A DNA stretch of 33,346 nt from positions 1 through 33,346 of IMG/VR virus record IMGVR_UViG_3300026260_000017, one strand, 5' to 3'. The DNA comes from a virus. Lineage: Duplodnaviria; Caudoviricetes. Shown piece by piece: positions 18,692 to 26,796 of this stretch. The position numbers and the translations under genes are program-made. A model generated the notes under the pieces. The model was given only the letters and a program-made list of their open reading frames with translations, made no database searches and was not told the DNA's origin. Position 1 is the first letter of the stretch, and each line of letters opens with the position of its first letter.

Positions 18692-19468
18692 ATGGGTGTA
18701 ATTACAGATAAAGAAATTAGAGATATTGCTGTAAGAGTATCTCTTGGTATGTCGAAGAATCAAATTTTAGACTATGTGATCAAATCACATGTCACAGAAG
18801 ATCGACAGCTAAAACAAGTTCTACTAGAAATCGAAAACAGATCACATCAATATGAAAAAATGCTCCTTGATGAAAAGAAGGGAGACATTCGTTTACGTCG
18901 TGATAAAGCTACTTTGAAAAAACTCCAAGAAGAAGATGGAGATGAGTTTGATATTGAATTTGCTGCAGCTGAAGTTGAGTTTGCTGAACTCGATAAAGAA
19001 ATGTGGAATAGAAGAAAGGGTCAAGCAGAATATGAACTTCAAGTTTTCTTAGATTATATTAAAGACAAAGGTCTAACAAAACAAGATCTATTAGATTCAG
19101 TTGAATGGGATGAAGAAGATGAAAGAAAGTATTGGATTGCAAGACTTGGTAAACAAGCTGCTTTAGATATTATGGCAAATGGTAGAGTCGGTATTGGCAA
19201 CATGGATTCTATTGCTATGATGAAAGAAGAAGATCAAGTTGGTATTCTTGATGTTGCATCTCAGTATGCTTGTTTGATGAAAATTTCTATGGACAAGATT
19301 CAGGGAAGAACAGAAAAGTATTTCCAAGCATATGCAGAATCTCCTAACGTTCAAGTTCCTACATTCCATGGTGTAGAACACAACCTCAACATCCCACTCC
19401 TAGATCAAATCCGTGACCAACTCAATGACAAGCGTCTTCAGTCTGCCGATCAACCCGAAGATCAATAA
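18692..19468 (+). CDS. Hypothetical helical/coiled-coil protein, 258 aa
   Basis: Long charged helical ORF with motif EERKYW-like EDERKYWIARLGKQAALDIMANGRVGIGNMDSI; overlaps the next gene by 44 nt. Confidence 0.75.
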   Translation: MGVITDKEIRDIAVRVSLGMSKNQILDYVIKSHVTEDRQLKQVLLEIENRSHQYEKMLLDEKKGDIRLRRDKATLKKLQEEDGDEFDIEFAAAEVEFAELDKEMWNRRKGQAEYELQVFLDYIKDKGLTKQDLLDSVEWDEEDERKYWIARLGKQAALDIMANGRVGIGNMDSIAMMKEEDQVGILDVASQYACLMKISMDKIQGRTEKYFQAYAESPNVQVPTFHGVEHNLNIPLLDQIRDQLNDKRLQSADQPEDQ

Positions 19469-21131
19469 AAAATTTGCTGAGGAAACTTTTATACCATTCC
19501 TCATTGAGCATAAACATTTAATTTACGATCTTTATTTTACTTGTCGCATTCCTCCTTTTAGTCAGGATGCGATGGGTGATATTTTTACGGTTGATCCTAT
19601 TGCAGGAACTACAAGAAATGCAATATTTATTTCTCAAGAAACTGGCATTCCCTTATCAGCTACATTTAATAATATATGGATTAGACCAGATCAGGAAAAC
19701 CTAAATTTATGGATAGAAAATTTTAAACCTTTGTATGATAAGGGTGTTCGTATTGTAACGCTACCTCATACAACATGGGTTTCTTCAGGTCAAATTCAAA
19801 AAGAATTTCCTGAACTGTTTATTAAAAATACAATTCTTAGAGAAGTTACAAAAGCAAATGAAATTGTTGCTTGTGCTAGAGCAGGATTCCATTATGTGAA
19901 TCTTGATAGAGATTTGATGAGGGATAGGGATGCTCTTGATAGAGTTATCGTAGCAAAAGAATATTGTGCTTCTATTGGTAAACCAGTAAAATTATCATTA
20001 CTAGCTAATGAAAATTGTTGGGGTGGATGTCCTATCATGCCAGAACACTATCAGTTTAATTGTACTAGAACTGATGGTCCTCAGTATTTTAATGATGAGA
20101 TTAGTAGAGTATCTTGTTCTACTTGGGATGTAACAGAATCATCAGCATCTCTTAAAGCAGCAAACATTCCGCCATGGAGAGAAGACTGGCAAGAGTTTCT
20201 TGATCTAGGTATTGATGTATTTAAAATGCATGGTAGAGAAAGTGCTATCAGATTAATGGAGTCTATGGACATCATTAAAAAATGGAATGATGGTGATGAA
20301 ATTCTCTTCCCACGTATGAATGTATACATGGAAGATCTTAATATGAAAGATCGTCCCATTGATATGTGGAGAGATAAAATTAAAAATTGTAAGTTTGATT
20401 GCTGGGAATGTAATTATTGCGATACAGTTGTTGAAGCACATCTTAAAAAACAAGAGAGAGTATGTCACCCATTTGTAACCAGATGTTTAGACTCCATTGA
20501 TAAAGCTATTGAAGGGAAGTCAAAATTTGATCACGACATTCAGGGTCTAACTTCTGATAAGGTAAGGCACTTCCTCAACAATCTCTGTTCTTACGAGGAT
20601 ACAAAGTATCTAGAAATTGGTGTGTTTAATGGCAGCACATTCTGTGCAGCAATTCAAGGTAATGATATTACTGCTTATGCAGCAGATCATTGGCGTGATG
20701 TAGATATCAAACCAATCAGAGAAGACATTCCATGGGATGATGAAGAAGGATCTATTGAAACTTTCATTGAGAATGTAAAATCTGTATGGACAGACAACAG
20801 CAACATTGCAATTTTAAATGGTGATATCCGTGAAGCTACAGAAGAAAATTTAGATCAAAAAGTAAATACTATTTTTTATGATGCAGATCATGAATTGAAT
20901 GTACAGAGGAGTTGCTTAAATCACATTCTTCAATATACAGAGAATGAATTTATATTAGTGGTTGATGATGCAAACCTTGATGGTGTATTGACATCGACAA
21001 AAGATTTTATTGAAGAGAATAATCTTACAGTTTTGTATGAAAGAAGTATTCTTACTGGTGAAATTGAAGACATAAATTCTTGGTGGAATGGAGTAAATAT
21101 TTTTATATTAAAGAAACATGAACTTAATTGA
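19425..21131 (+). CDS. U32-family (UbiU/UbiV/TrhP/RlhA-like) Fe-S protein fused to a class I SAM-dependent methyltransferase
   Basis: N-domain: VNLDRDL (cf. U32 VVLAREL), ANENCWGGCP, DVFKMHGRE (cf. SLKIEGR), CKFDCWECNYC. C-domain: YLEIGVFNGST (SAM motif I), IFYDADH, LVVDDAN (Methyltransf_24-like). ATG at 19425 preferred over GTG at 19413. Confidence 0.75.
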   Translation: MTSVFSLPINPKINKKFAEETFIPFLIEHKHLIYDLYFTCRIPPFSQDAMGDIFTVDPIAGTTRNAIFISQETGIPLSATFNNIWIRPDQENLNLWIENFKPLYDKGVRIVTLPHTTWVSSGQIQKEFPELFIKNTILREVTKANEIVACARAGFHYVNLDRDLMRDRDALDRVIVAKEYCASIGKPVKLSLLANENCWGGCPIMPEHYQFNCTRTDGPQYFNDEISRVSCSTWDVTESSASLKAANIPPWREDWQEFLDLGIDVFKMHGRESAIRLMESMDIIKKWNDGDEILFPRMNVYMEDLNMKDRPIDMWRDKIKNCKFDCWECNYCDTVVEAHLKKQERVCHPFVTRCLDSIDKAIEGKSKFDHDIQGLTSDKVRHFLNNLCSYEDTKYLEIGVFNGSTFCAAIQGNDITAYAADHWRDVDIKPIREDIPWDDEEGSIETFIENVKSVWTDNSNIAILNGDIREATEENLDQKVNTIFYDADHELNVQRSCLNHILQYTENEFILVVDDANLDGVLTSTKDFIEENNLTVLYERSILTGEIEDINSWWNGVNIFILKKHELN

Positions 21132-21759
21132 TATCTTCCCCAAAGCTATTGGTAGAGAAGATTACCCAAATCATTCCGATTTGAAAAAACAAATCATTGA
21201 TATAATGATGGGTGAAAATATGGACACAAATACAATGTGTGAAAAATTACACCACTATGATAATAATTCTGGTAGATCGTTTCTACACAGAGAAGAGATG
21301 ACATCATTTAAAGAATGGTGTGAAGATCAATGCAAAATTTTTGTTGAAAATATGGGATATGAAGTTCCAGAAAAAATGATCGTCGTTGCCAGCTGGATAA
21401 ATCTATGTGATATGGGTGGTGAACAATATCCACATTTCCATACCAATGCATATGTCTCAGGAACATATTATCTTGCACATGAAGAAGGACATGCTCCATT
21501 ATTCTTTAGACATCCAGATAGTGCATCTCATTCATCAAGTGCATCTATCTCATTACAGGTAGATAAAAACACACTAGGAAAATATAACTGTGACGTTATT
21601 ATGTTACCTAACGAAGGAGAGTTGATGCTCTGGCCATCTAACCTTACACATGGGTATTCTGATAATCAAAAAGATGGTAGGATTTCTGTCTCTATGAATT
21701 TTATGCCATCTGTAGTTGTGGATGATAGGTATTCATTTAAGGCTTCTATCAACATATAA
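21118..21759 (+). CDS. 2OG-Fe(II) oxygenase (TIGR02466-like), 213 aa
   Basis: SWIN...QYPHFH..AYVSGTYYL...EGELMLWPSNLTHG...RISVSMN gives an H-x-H...H iron triad plus the 2OG-binding R-x-S; overlaps the upstream gene by 14 nt. Confidence 0.85.
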   Translation: MNLIDIFPKAIGREDYPNHSDLKKQIIDIMMGENMDTNTMCEKLHHYDNNSGRSFLHREEMTSFKEWCEDQCKIFVENMGYEVPEKMIVVASWINLCDMGGEQYPHFHTNAYVSGTYYLAHEEGHAPLFFRHPDSASHSSSASISLQVDKNTLGKYNCDVIMLPNEGELMLWPSNLTHGYSDNQKDGRISVSMNFMPSVVVDDRYSFKASINI

Positions 21760-21762
21760 ATA
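21755..21762 (+). promoter_or_regulatory. T4 late promoter TATAAATA
   Basis: Exact consensus overlapping the oxygenase stop codon, 27 nt upstream of the ATG at 21790. Confidence 0.75.
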
Positions 21763-21789
21763 CAGTATACACTATCATATTTGATAACA

Positions 21790-22005
21790 ATGACCATGGA
21801 TCCCGAACAACTCAAAAAGAATTTTGAAGAGCAAATTGCTACTACAGATAAGCAGATTCGTGAACTAGAGGAAAACCTAGCTAAAGCAAAAGAATATAAG
21901 ATTAAACTTTCAGGTGGTCTAGAGACTATTGGATTGCTTACTGGAGAAGGAGAAGCACCAGCAGAAGCACCTCAAGCACCCCCTGTAGAGGCACCAGCAG
22001 AATAA
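21790..22005 (+). CDS. Small coiled-coil protein with Ala/Pro/Glu-rich tail
   Basis: ATG at 21790 (alternatively 21796); heptad-like LKKNFEEQIATTDKQIRELEENL; own late promoter; tail EAPAEAPQAPPVEAPAE. Confidence 0.75.
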   Translation: MTMDPEQLKKNFEEQIATTDKQIRELEENLAKAKEYKIKLSGGLETIGLLTGEGEAPAEAPQAPPVEAPAE

Positions 22006-22008
22006 TCC

Positions 22009-22015
22009 CTAAATA
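22009..22015 (+). promoter_or_regulatory. Late promoter variant CTAAATA upstream of gp13
   Basis: Intergenic, 24 nt before the ATG at 22040. Confidence 0.7.
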
Positions 22016-22039
22016 TAAAAGAAGGGATTATTGTGTGAA

Positions 22040-22852
22040 ATGGCATCTCCAAGTTCAAAATCAGAATTAATTACATATGCTAAAAGGCAATTAGGTGAAC
22101 CTGTCTTGCAAGTTAATGTAGATGATGAGCAAGTAAACAATGTAATTGACGACACGTTTCAGTTCTTTCAGGAGAACTGTTATAACGGAATGGAGAGATG
22201 TTATCTCGTACATGAGATAACTGCAGATGATAAAACTCGTCTTGCAGCAAATGTAACTACAACTAAAGTTGAAGGAGCAGTAACTACAAGTTGGGATGAA
22301 GCTACAAATTATATACCTATACCAGCTCATGTAACTGGTATCACTAGGGTTTTTGGAATGGTAGGTAACTCTATTCGTTCTAACTTATTTGGTATTGAAT
22401 ATAGAATGTTCTTAAATGATCTATATGCTTTTGGATCCCTTGATATCTTAAACTACTATATGACCAAGCAATATCTAGAGACTCTAGATATGGTTTTAAA
22501 CAATGGTTCATTCCAGCAGTTTAGATATACTCAGCGTCGTGATCGTTTGTATCTTGATATAGACAAAGACTTCCTACAAGAAGGACAGAATCTATTGATA
22601 GAGGCTCATCGTATGATTGATCCTACAGATGCAACTGAAATGTACAATGATTTCTTTGTTAAAAGGTATGCTACTTCATTGTTGAAAAAGCAGTGGGGTC
22701 AGAACTTAATCAAATATAACAATGTACAGCTACCTGGTGGTGTAACACTTAATGGTAGAGAACTATATACAGACGCTATAGCAGAAATTGAGAAAATCGA
22801 AGGCGAAGTTCTCAGTAAGTATGCAATTCCACCAATGGATATGATCGGATAA
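22040..22852 (+). CDS. gp13: Neck protein gp13
   Basis: ELITYAKRQLGEPVLQVNVDDEQV and KKQWGQNLIKYNNVQLPGGVTLNG...PPMDMIG are T4-like gp13 motifs; ATG at 22040 preferred over TTG at 22031. Confidence 0.95.
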   Translation: MASPSSKSELITYAKRQLGEPVLQVNVDDEQVNNVIDDTFQFFQENCYNGMERCYLVHEITADDKTRLAANVTTTKVEGAVTTSWDEATNYIPIPAHVTGITRVFGMVGNSIRSNLFGIEYRMFLNDLYAFGSLDILNYYMTKQYLETLDMVLNNGSFQQFRYTQRRDRLYLDIDKDFLQEGQNLLIEAHRMIDPTDATEMYNDFFVKRYATSLLKKQWGQNLIKYNNVQLPGGVTLNGRELYTDAIAEIEKIEGEVLSKYAIPPMDMIG

Positions 22853-22853
22853 A

Positions 22854-23978
22854 ATGCCTACCAGTTCCTATTTTCCAACTTACTATCAAGGTCACAGTGG
22901 CGAACAAGGTCTCGTTCAGGATCTTGTGGATGAGCAAATCAAACTGTTTGGTACAGATATTTACTATATCCCCAAGATAGTCCTAAAAGACAGCACTCTG
23001 GATGAAGTTAGATACACTAAGTATCAAGAACAATTCCAAGTTGAGATGCTGTTACAGAACGTTATGGGTTTTGGTGACAATGCTGAATTTATATCTAAGT
23101 TCGGTTTAAGAATTACAGATGAGATCATCTTCCGTGTATCTACTAGAAGATGGGATGAAGAGGTAGCTGATCATAATCCTACACTGGAAGTTGATAGCAG
23201 ACCTAATGAGGGAGACTTATTGTACTTCCCATTAACACAAGATATTTACGAAATTAAATTTGTAGGAAAAGAAGAACCATTCTATCAGTTTGGTAAGATT
23301 CAATTCTATGCTATCACTGCTGAGATCTATGAGGTTGGTAGTGATGACTTTGATACTGGTGTTGCAGAGATTGATGTAGTAGAACAACTCTTTGATAATT
23401 CTATCAAACTAGTAATGGATCCTGGTGGTACAGGAGACTTCACTGTAGGTGAGGAAGTTGCTGGAGATGAGTTCTTAGCAAAGGCAACATCTGCTATTAC
23501 AGGAGATGCTGTATCAGGTGTTACAATTTCAGATGGTGGAGCACATTATAAAGTAGCTACACCACCAACAGTTACTATCACAGGAGGAGGTGGTACAGGT
23601 GCAACTGCTACTGCAACTGTTAGTGCTACTGGTATTGTCAATGCTGTGACTATTACTGCTGGAGGTTCTGGATACACATCTGCTCCTACTGTTACTATTG
23701 ATTACTCACCTAAGGATAATAGAGCAGAAGTCAAGGCATGGGATAGTGCAACTAGATCTCTCTCAGTTATCAATAGAACAGGAACATTCACAACTGACGA
23801 GGTAGTAACAGGTCTAACCTCAGGTGCTAAGTGGAGTCCTGAAACATTTGACACTCTAAATAACGTCAACAGCAGTTACGATCAAAATAGAGAGATCGAA
23901 AATGATGCTGATAACATTGTGGATTGGACTGAGAAAAATCCATTTGGTGAGTTTGGTAATTTTACAGGTAGTATCTAA
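22854..23978 (+). CDS. gp14: Neck protein gp14
   Basis: EQIKLFGTDIYYIP, SKFGL, RPNEGDLLYFP...EIKFV...PFYQFGK, C-terminal NPFG; follows gp13. Confidence 0.95.
   Translation: MPTSSYFPTYYQGHSGEQGLVQDLVDEQIKLFGTDIYYIPKIVLKDSTLDEVRYTKYQEQFQVEMLLQNVMGFGDNAEFISKFGLRITDEIIFRVSTRRWDEEVADHNPTLEVDSRPNEGDLLYFPLTQDIYEIKFVGKEEPFYQFGKIQFYAITAEIYEVGSDDFDTGVAEIDVVEQLFDNSIKLVMDPGGTGDFTVGEEVAGDEFLAKATSAITGDAVSGVTISDGGAHYKVATPPTVTITGGGGTGATATATVSATGIVNAVTITAGGSGYTSAPTVTIDYSPKDNRAEVKAWDSATRSLSVINRTGTFTTDEVVTGLTSGAKWSPETFDTLNNVNSSYDQNREIENDADNIVDWTEKNPFGEFGNFTGSI
23856..23862 (+). promoter_or_regulatory. Internal late promoter variant CTAAATA upstream of gp15
   Basis: Inside the 3' end of gp14, about 115 nt before the gp15 start. 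Confidence 0.45.
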
Positions 23979-24778
23979 TGTTAGGATCACATTTTTACAA
24001 TCAAATTGTTCGTAAGAACATTGTGGCGTTCGGTACGCTCTTTAATAATATTACAATGAAGAGTACAGATCCTAGCACTGGTGATGTTCTAGAAGAATTA
24101 AAAGTACCATTGGCATATGGTCCTAAGCAAAAATTTATTGTTAGATTAGAAGAGAACGCATCTAACAGAAAAGTAGCAATCACTTTACCACGTCTCTATT
24201 TTGAGATGACAAGTATCGATTACGATTCTACTCGTAAAACATCTCCTATTCAAAAATACAAAACTATCATTGATGGTAATGGTACTGAGGTAAAAGTACA
24301 ATATGTTCCTGTTCCTTATAACCTAAGTTTTGAACTAGGAGTTATTGCAAAGTCACAAGACGATGCATTACAAATTACTGAGCAAATATTGCCGTACTTT
24401 CAACCATCGTTCTCTATCACACTTAACATGATTCCTGATATGAATGAGAAGCGTGATATTGCTGTTGTTCTGAACAATGTTAGTTATGAAGATGAGTGGG
24501 ACGATAGTTTCTATGAACGTAGATATATCATCTATACTCTAAACTTTACAATGAAGTCTTATCTATACGGTCCTTATAACACATCAGATATTATTAAGAA
24601 AGCAATCATCCATGAAACACTTGGTGATCTTGCAGTCAACCGTAGAGCTATTACAAGAACATACACACCAGTTGCCAAGACTGATATTAATGCAGATGGT
24701 AATATAGATGCTGCTGATACAGCTATATTAGATGCTGGTGATGACTTTGGATTTAATGAGGGGATTGATATATTATGA
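23978..24778 (+). CDS. gp15: Tail sheath stabilizer / tail terminator gp15
   Basis: HFYNQIVRKNIVAFGTLFNNI, VPLAYGPKQKF, LPRLYFEM, QITEQILPYFQP, YLYGP; TAATG coupling to gp14. Confidence 0.95.
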   Translation: MLGSHFYNQIVRKNIVAFGTLFNNITMKSTDPSTGDVLEELKVPLAYGPKQKFIVRLEENASNRKVAITLPRLYFEMTSIDYDSTRKTSPIQKYKTIIDGNGTEVKVQYVPVPYNLSFELGVIAKSQDDALQITEQILPYFQPSFSITLNMIPDMNEKRDIAVVLNNVSYEDEWDDSFYERRYIIYTLNFTMKSYLYGPYNTSDIIKKAIIHETLGDLAVNRRAITRTYTPVAKTDINADGNIDAADTAILDAGDDFGFNEGIDIL

Positions 24779-25179
24779 GTAGCCTAGAAGAAAACATGGA
24801 GGAGATGCTAAACATCAGTGTTGATGTTGAGACTCCATCCAAACCATCTGCTCCTAAACTTAAAGCGGATGACCAGACAAAAGACTACGAATATACTCGT
24901 GGTGAATTGTACAGTCTCATAGACAAGGGTCAGGAGGCGGTACAAGGGGCGTTAGAGGTTGCACAGGAGTCAGGGCACCCTAGAGCGTATGAAGTCGCTG
25001 TAGCGGCAATGAAGCATGTCGCAGACATGACAGATAAACTTGCTGATCTACATAAGAAGATGAAGGATTTAGATGCAGAAACAAAAGGTCCATCTAAAGT
25101 CACCAACAATGCTATGTTTGTAGGTTCTACAGCAGAGCTACAAAAAATGCTAAAACAAATGAGTGGAGGTAAACGCTAA
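24775..25179 (+). CDS. gp16: Terminase small subunit gp16
   Basis: DYEYTRGELY...ALEVAQESGHPRAYEV...TNNAMFVGSTAELQKML. Confidence 0.95.
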   Translation: MSSLEENMEEMLNISVDVETPSKPSAPKLKADDQTKDYEYTRGELYSLIDKGQEAVQGALEVAQESGHPRAYEVAVAAMKHVADMTDKLADLHKKMKDLDAETKGPSKVTNNAMFVGSTAELQKMLKQMSGGKR

Positions 25180-25436
25180 TGGCATACGTAAAAAACGATA
25201 ATGATTGCGATCCAGTAGATCCTCAACCTGGCAGTACAACTGTCAACCAGTTTTCTGGTACTGAAGGTTGGGCAACAGTTACATATAAGAATTGGAATGA
25301 TGATTACGTTGCAAGAAATCCTAATAATTCCGCAAGAACTCCTGGTACATTTCAGGCAAGAAACACTGATAACACTACAAGAACACCATCTGCATACCAA
25401 AGACATGGTGTAACTAATAGTGTTATAGAGGCATAA
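25179..25436 (+). CDS. Hypothetical protein, 85 aa, with a tandem 15-aa repeat
   Basis: TAATG-coupled to gp16; YVARNPNNSARTPGT / FQARNTDNTTRTPSA. Confidence 0.7.
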   Translation: MAYVKNDNDCDPVDPQPGSTTVNQFSGTEGWATVTYKNWNDDYVARNPNNSARTPGTFQARNTDNTTRTPSAYQRHGVTNSVIEA

Positions 25437-25440
25437 AGTG

Positions 25441-25448
25441 TATAAATA
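25441..25448 (+). promoter_or_regulatory. T4 late promoter TATAAATA
   Basis: Exact consensus in the intergenic region. Confidence 0.75.
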
Positions 25449-25511
25449 AATGCACTTAGATCCACAACTCACCGTGTAGCTTTTGGTGGGGAGGTCATAA
25501 GTGAAGCATTT
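25448..25511 (+). ncRNA. Candidate structured RNA or 5' leader hairpin
   Basis: Nested complementary segments: AAATGC/GCATTT, CACTTA/TAAGTG, GATC/GGTC, CTCACC/GGTGGG around an 11-nt loop. Family not identified. Confidence 0.5.
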
Positions 25512-25520
25512 TAAACTACA

Positions 25521-25673
25521 ATGGATATCCAAAAGGAACTGGAAGAAGTTCAGAAAAAGGTAGACGAATTAAAAAGAAAACAAGATAATATAGAAAAGAT
25601 CAAAGAGCTTCAAGAGAGGCACGAAAAGAGACGAGGGATAAGACCTTTTAGTCATGCTTATGAAATGACTTGA
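25521..25673 (+). CDS. Small charged coiled-coil protein, 50 aa (below the ORF-track cutoff)
   Basis: Manual translation MDIQKELEEVQKKVDELKRKQDNIEKIKELQERHEKRRGIRPFSHAYEMT*; downstream of the late promoter and hairpin. Confidence 0.6.
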   Translation: MDIQKELEEVQKKVDELKRKQDNIEKIKELQERHEKRRGIRPFSHAYEMT

Positions 25674-25740
25674 AATCTTGACATATTGGTGTAAAATTAA
25701 AAATCGCACCTATAATTATTCATAGTTGTTTAATAGCACT

Positions 25741-25905
25741 ATGAGACTTAACGAGGATGATGTTGCTCGTCTGGTAACTGCTTGTAAATTATCTCAAGAG
25801 ACTACTGGTTCTGAATATATTTGGGATGAGTATGAACGCATCATAGAAAAGTTGCATAAACTATGTGATCAAGGATATTGTTCTATTAAAACCTTAAGCA
25901 AATGA
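25741..25905 (+). CDS. Small hypothetical protein, 54 aa (not in ORF track)
   Basis: Manual translation MRLNEDDVARLVTACKLSQETTGSEYIWDEYERIIEKLHKLCDQGYCSIKTLSK*; ATGA overlap with purN; the AC...Q..TGSEY.W..Y motif recalls small picocyanobacterial/cyanophage proteins. Confidence 0.7.
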   Translation: MRLNEDDVARLVTACKLSQETTGSEYIWDEYERIIEKLHKLCDQGYCSIKTLSK

Positions 25906-26456
25906 AACTAGGAGTCATGTGTTCAGGTAATGGCACTAATTTTGAGAACATAGTACGAAGCTGTGCCAAAGATGAAGTTGTGATTATGATTCACAACAAA
26001 GAAAAGTGTGGTGCAGTAAAGAGAGCAAATAAATTTGGTATCCCTCATTGTTATGTTCATCATAAGGATGAGGAAGATATGATTTCTCTCTTTGAAGCAT
26101 GGAATGTAGATCTCATTATCCTTGCAGGATACATGAGAGTGATTAAAAATCCTTCTGCTTTCCCTGCTCCTATTATCAATGTTCATCCATCATTACTTCC
26201 TAAGTATAAGGGATTGAATGTAGTAGAGAGAGCAATGGAGGCAGGTGAGAAAATCACTGGTTGTACTGTTCATTATGTAAATGAAGAGTTAGACGGTGGA
26301 GAAATTATAATGCAATCAGAGGTTGAAATTCTACCCCACGACACTGTTAAAACATTGACAAAAGCAATACAGAGAAAAGAATATGCATGTCTTCCTGCAG
26401 CTATAGATGTTGTAAAGAACACACTGTCATTAACTCCACACATGGTTGCGTTATAA
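25902..26456 (+). CDS. purN: Phosphoribosylglycinamide formyltransferase (auxiliary metabolic gene)
   Basis: SGNGTNF phosphate loop, ILAGYMRV, INVHPSLLPKYKG (catalytic N/H), TGCTVHYVNEELDGGEII (catalytic D). Confidence 0.95.
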   Translation: MKLGVMCSGNGTNFENIVRSCAKDEVVIMIHNKEKCGAVKRANKFGIPHCYVHHKDEEDMISLFEAWNVDLIILAGYMRVIKNPSAFPAPIINVHPSLLPKYKGLNVVERAMEAGEKITGCTVHYVNEELDGGEIIMQSEVEILPHDTVKTLTKAIQRKEYACLPAAIDVVKNTLSLTPHMVAL

Positions 26457-26473
26457 TACCTAGTCGCTATACT
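26446..26473 (+). promoter_or_regulatory. Possible sigma70-type promoter TTGCGT-N16-TATACT
   Basis: 30 nt upstream of the ATG at 26504; chance matches are common in AT-rich DNA. Confidence 0.35.
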
Positions 26474-26503
26474 ATATAAAATTAGTATGGGATTGAAACA
26501 ATC

Positions 26504-26677
26504 ATGCCCCTGACTCAACAGAGACATTATACTGTCGGTTATCACGACACACAACATAACAAGTATGAAATCTGCGAGTACGCAGTCGATTCATATGAAG
26601 CAATACAACACAGCAAAGAGGATGTCTCCTATTTAAGGATGCATCCTCATTTTATTGATTATGCAACAAGATCATGA
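26504..26677 (+). CDS. Small hypothetical protein, 57 aa, His/Tyr-rich (not in ORF track)
   Basis: Manual translation MPLTQQRHYTVGYHDTQHNKYEICEYAVDSYEAIQHSKEDVSYLRMHPHFIDYATRS*; ATGA overlap with the next ORF; motif recalls a small picocyanobacterial family. Confidence 0.75.
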   Translation: MPLTQQRHYTVGYHDTQHNKYEICEYAVDSYEAIQHSKEDVSYLRMHPHFIDYATRS

Positions 26678-26796
26678 AACATGAAATTATGTGGTGGTTA
26701 AGTAGATTGACCATTATGGTTACTTCACTTTTTCTATCATTTACATTAGCAGCACAAGCATACGCTGCTGATATGACAATGGGTGCAGGAGGCAAT
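26674..26796 (+). pseudogene. petE: Plastocyanin N-terminal remnant (signal peptide plus ~10 mature residues)
   Basis: Signal peptide ending AQAYA followed by ADMTMGAGGN, matching the plastocyanin mature start (x-D/E-V/I-x-MG-x-G-G-x-L-x-F-x-P); no Cu ligands follow; petE is a known resident of the gp16-gp17 region. Confidence 0.65.

Noticed and set aside
25176-25532. 118-aa Cys-rich minus-strand ORF
   Set aside because: Antisense to a coupled + strand ORF and a late promoter; the Cys residues arise from reverse-complemented ACA/GCA triplets.
25678-25716. Perfect TTGACA (25678) and TATAAT (25711)
   Set aside because: The 27-nt spacer is incompatible with a single sigma70 promoter; either box could still work with another partner.
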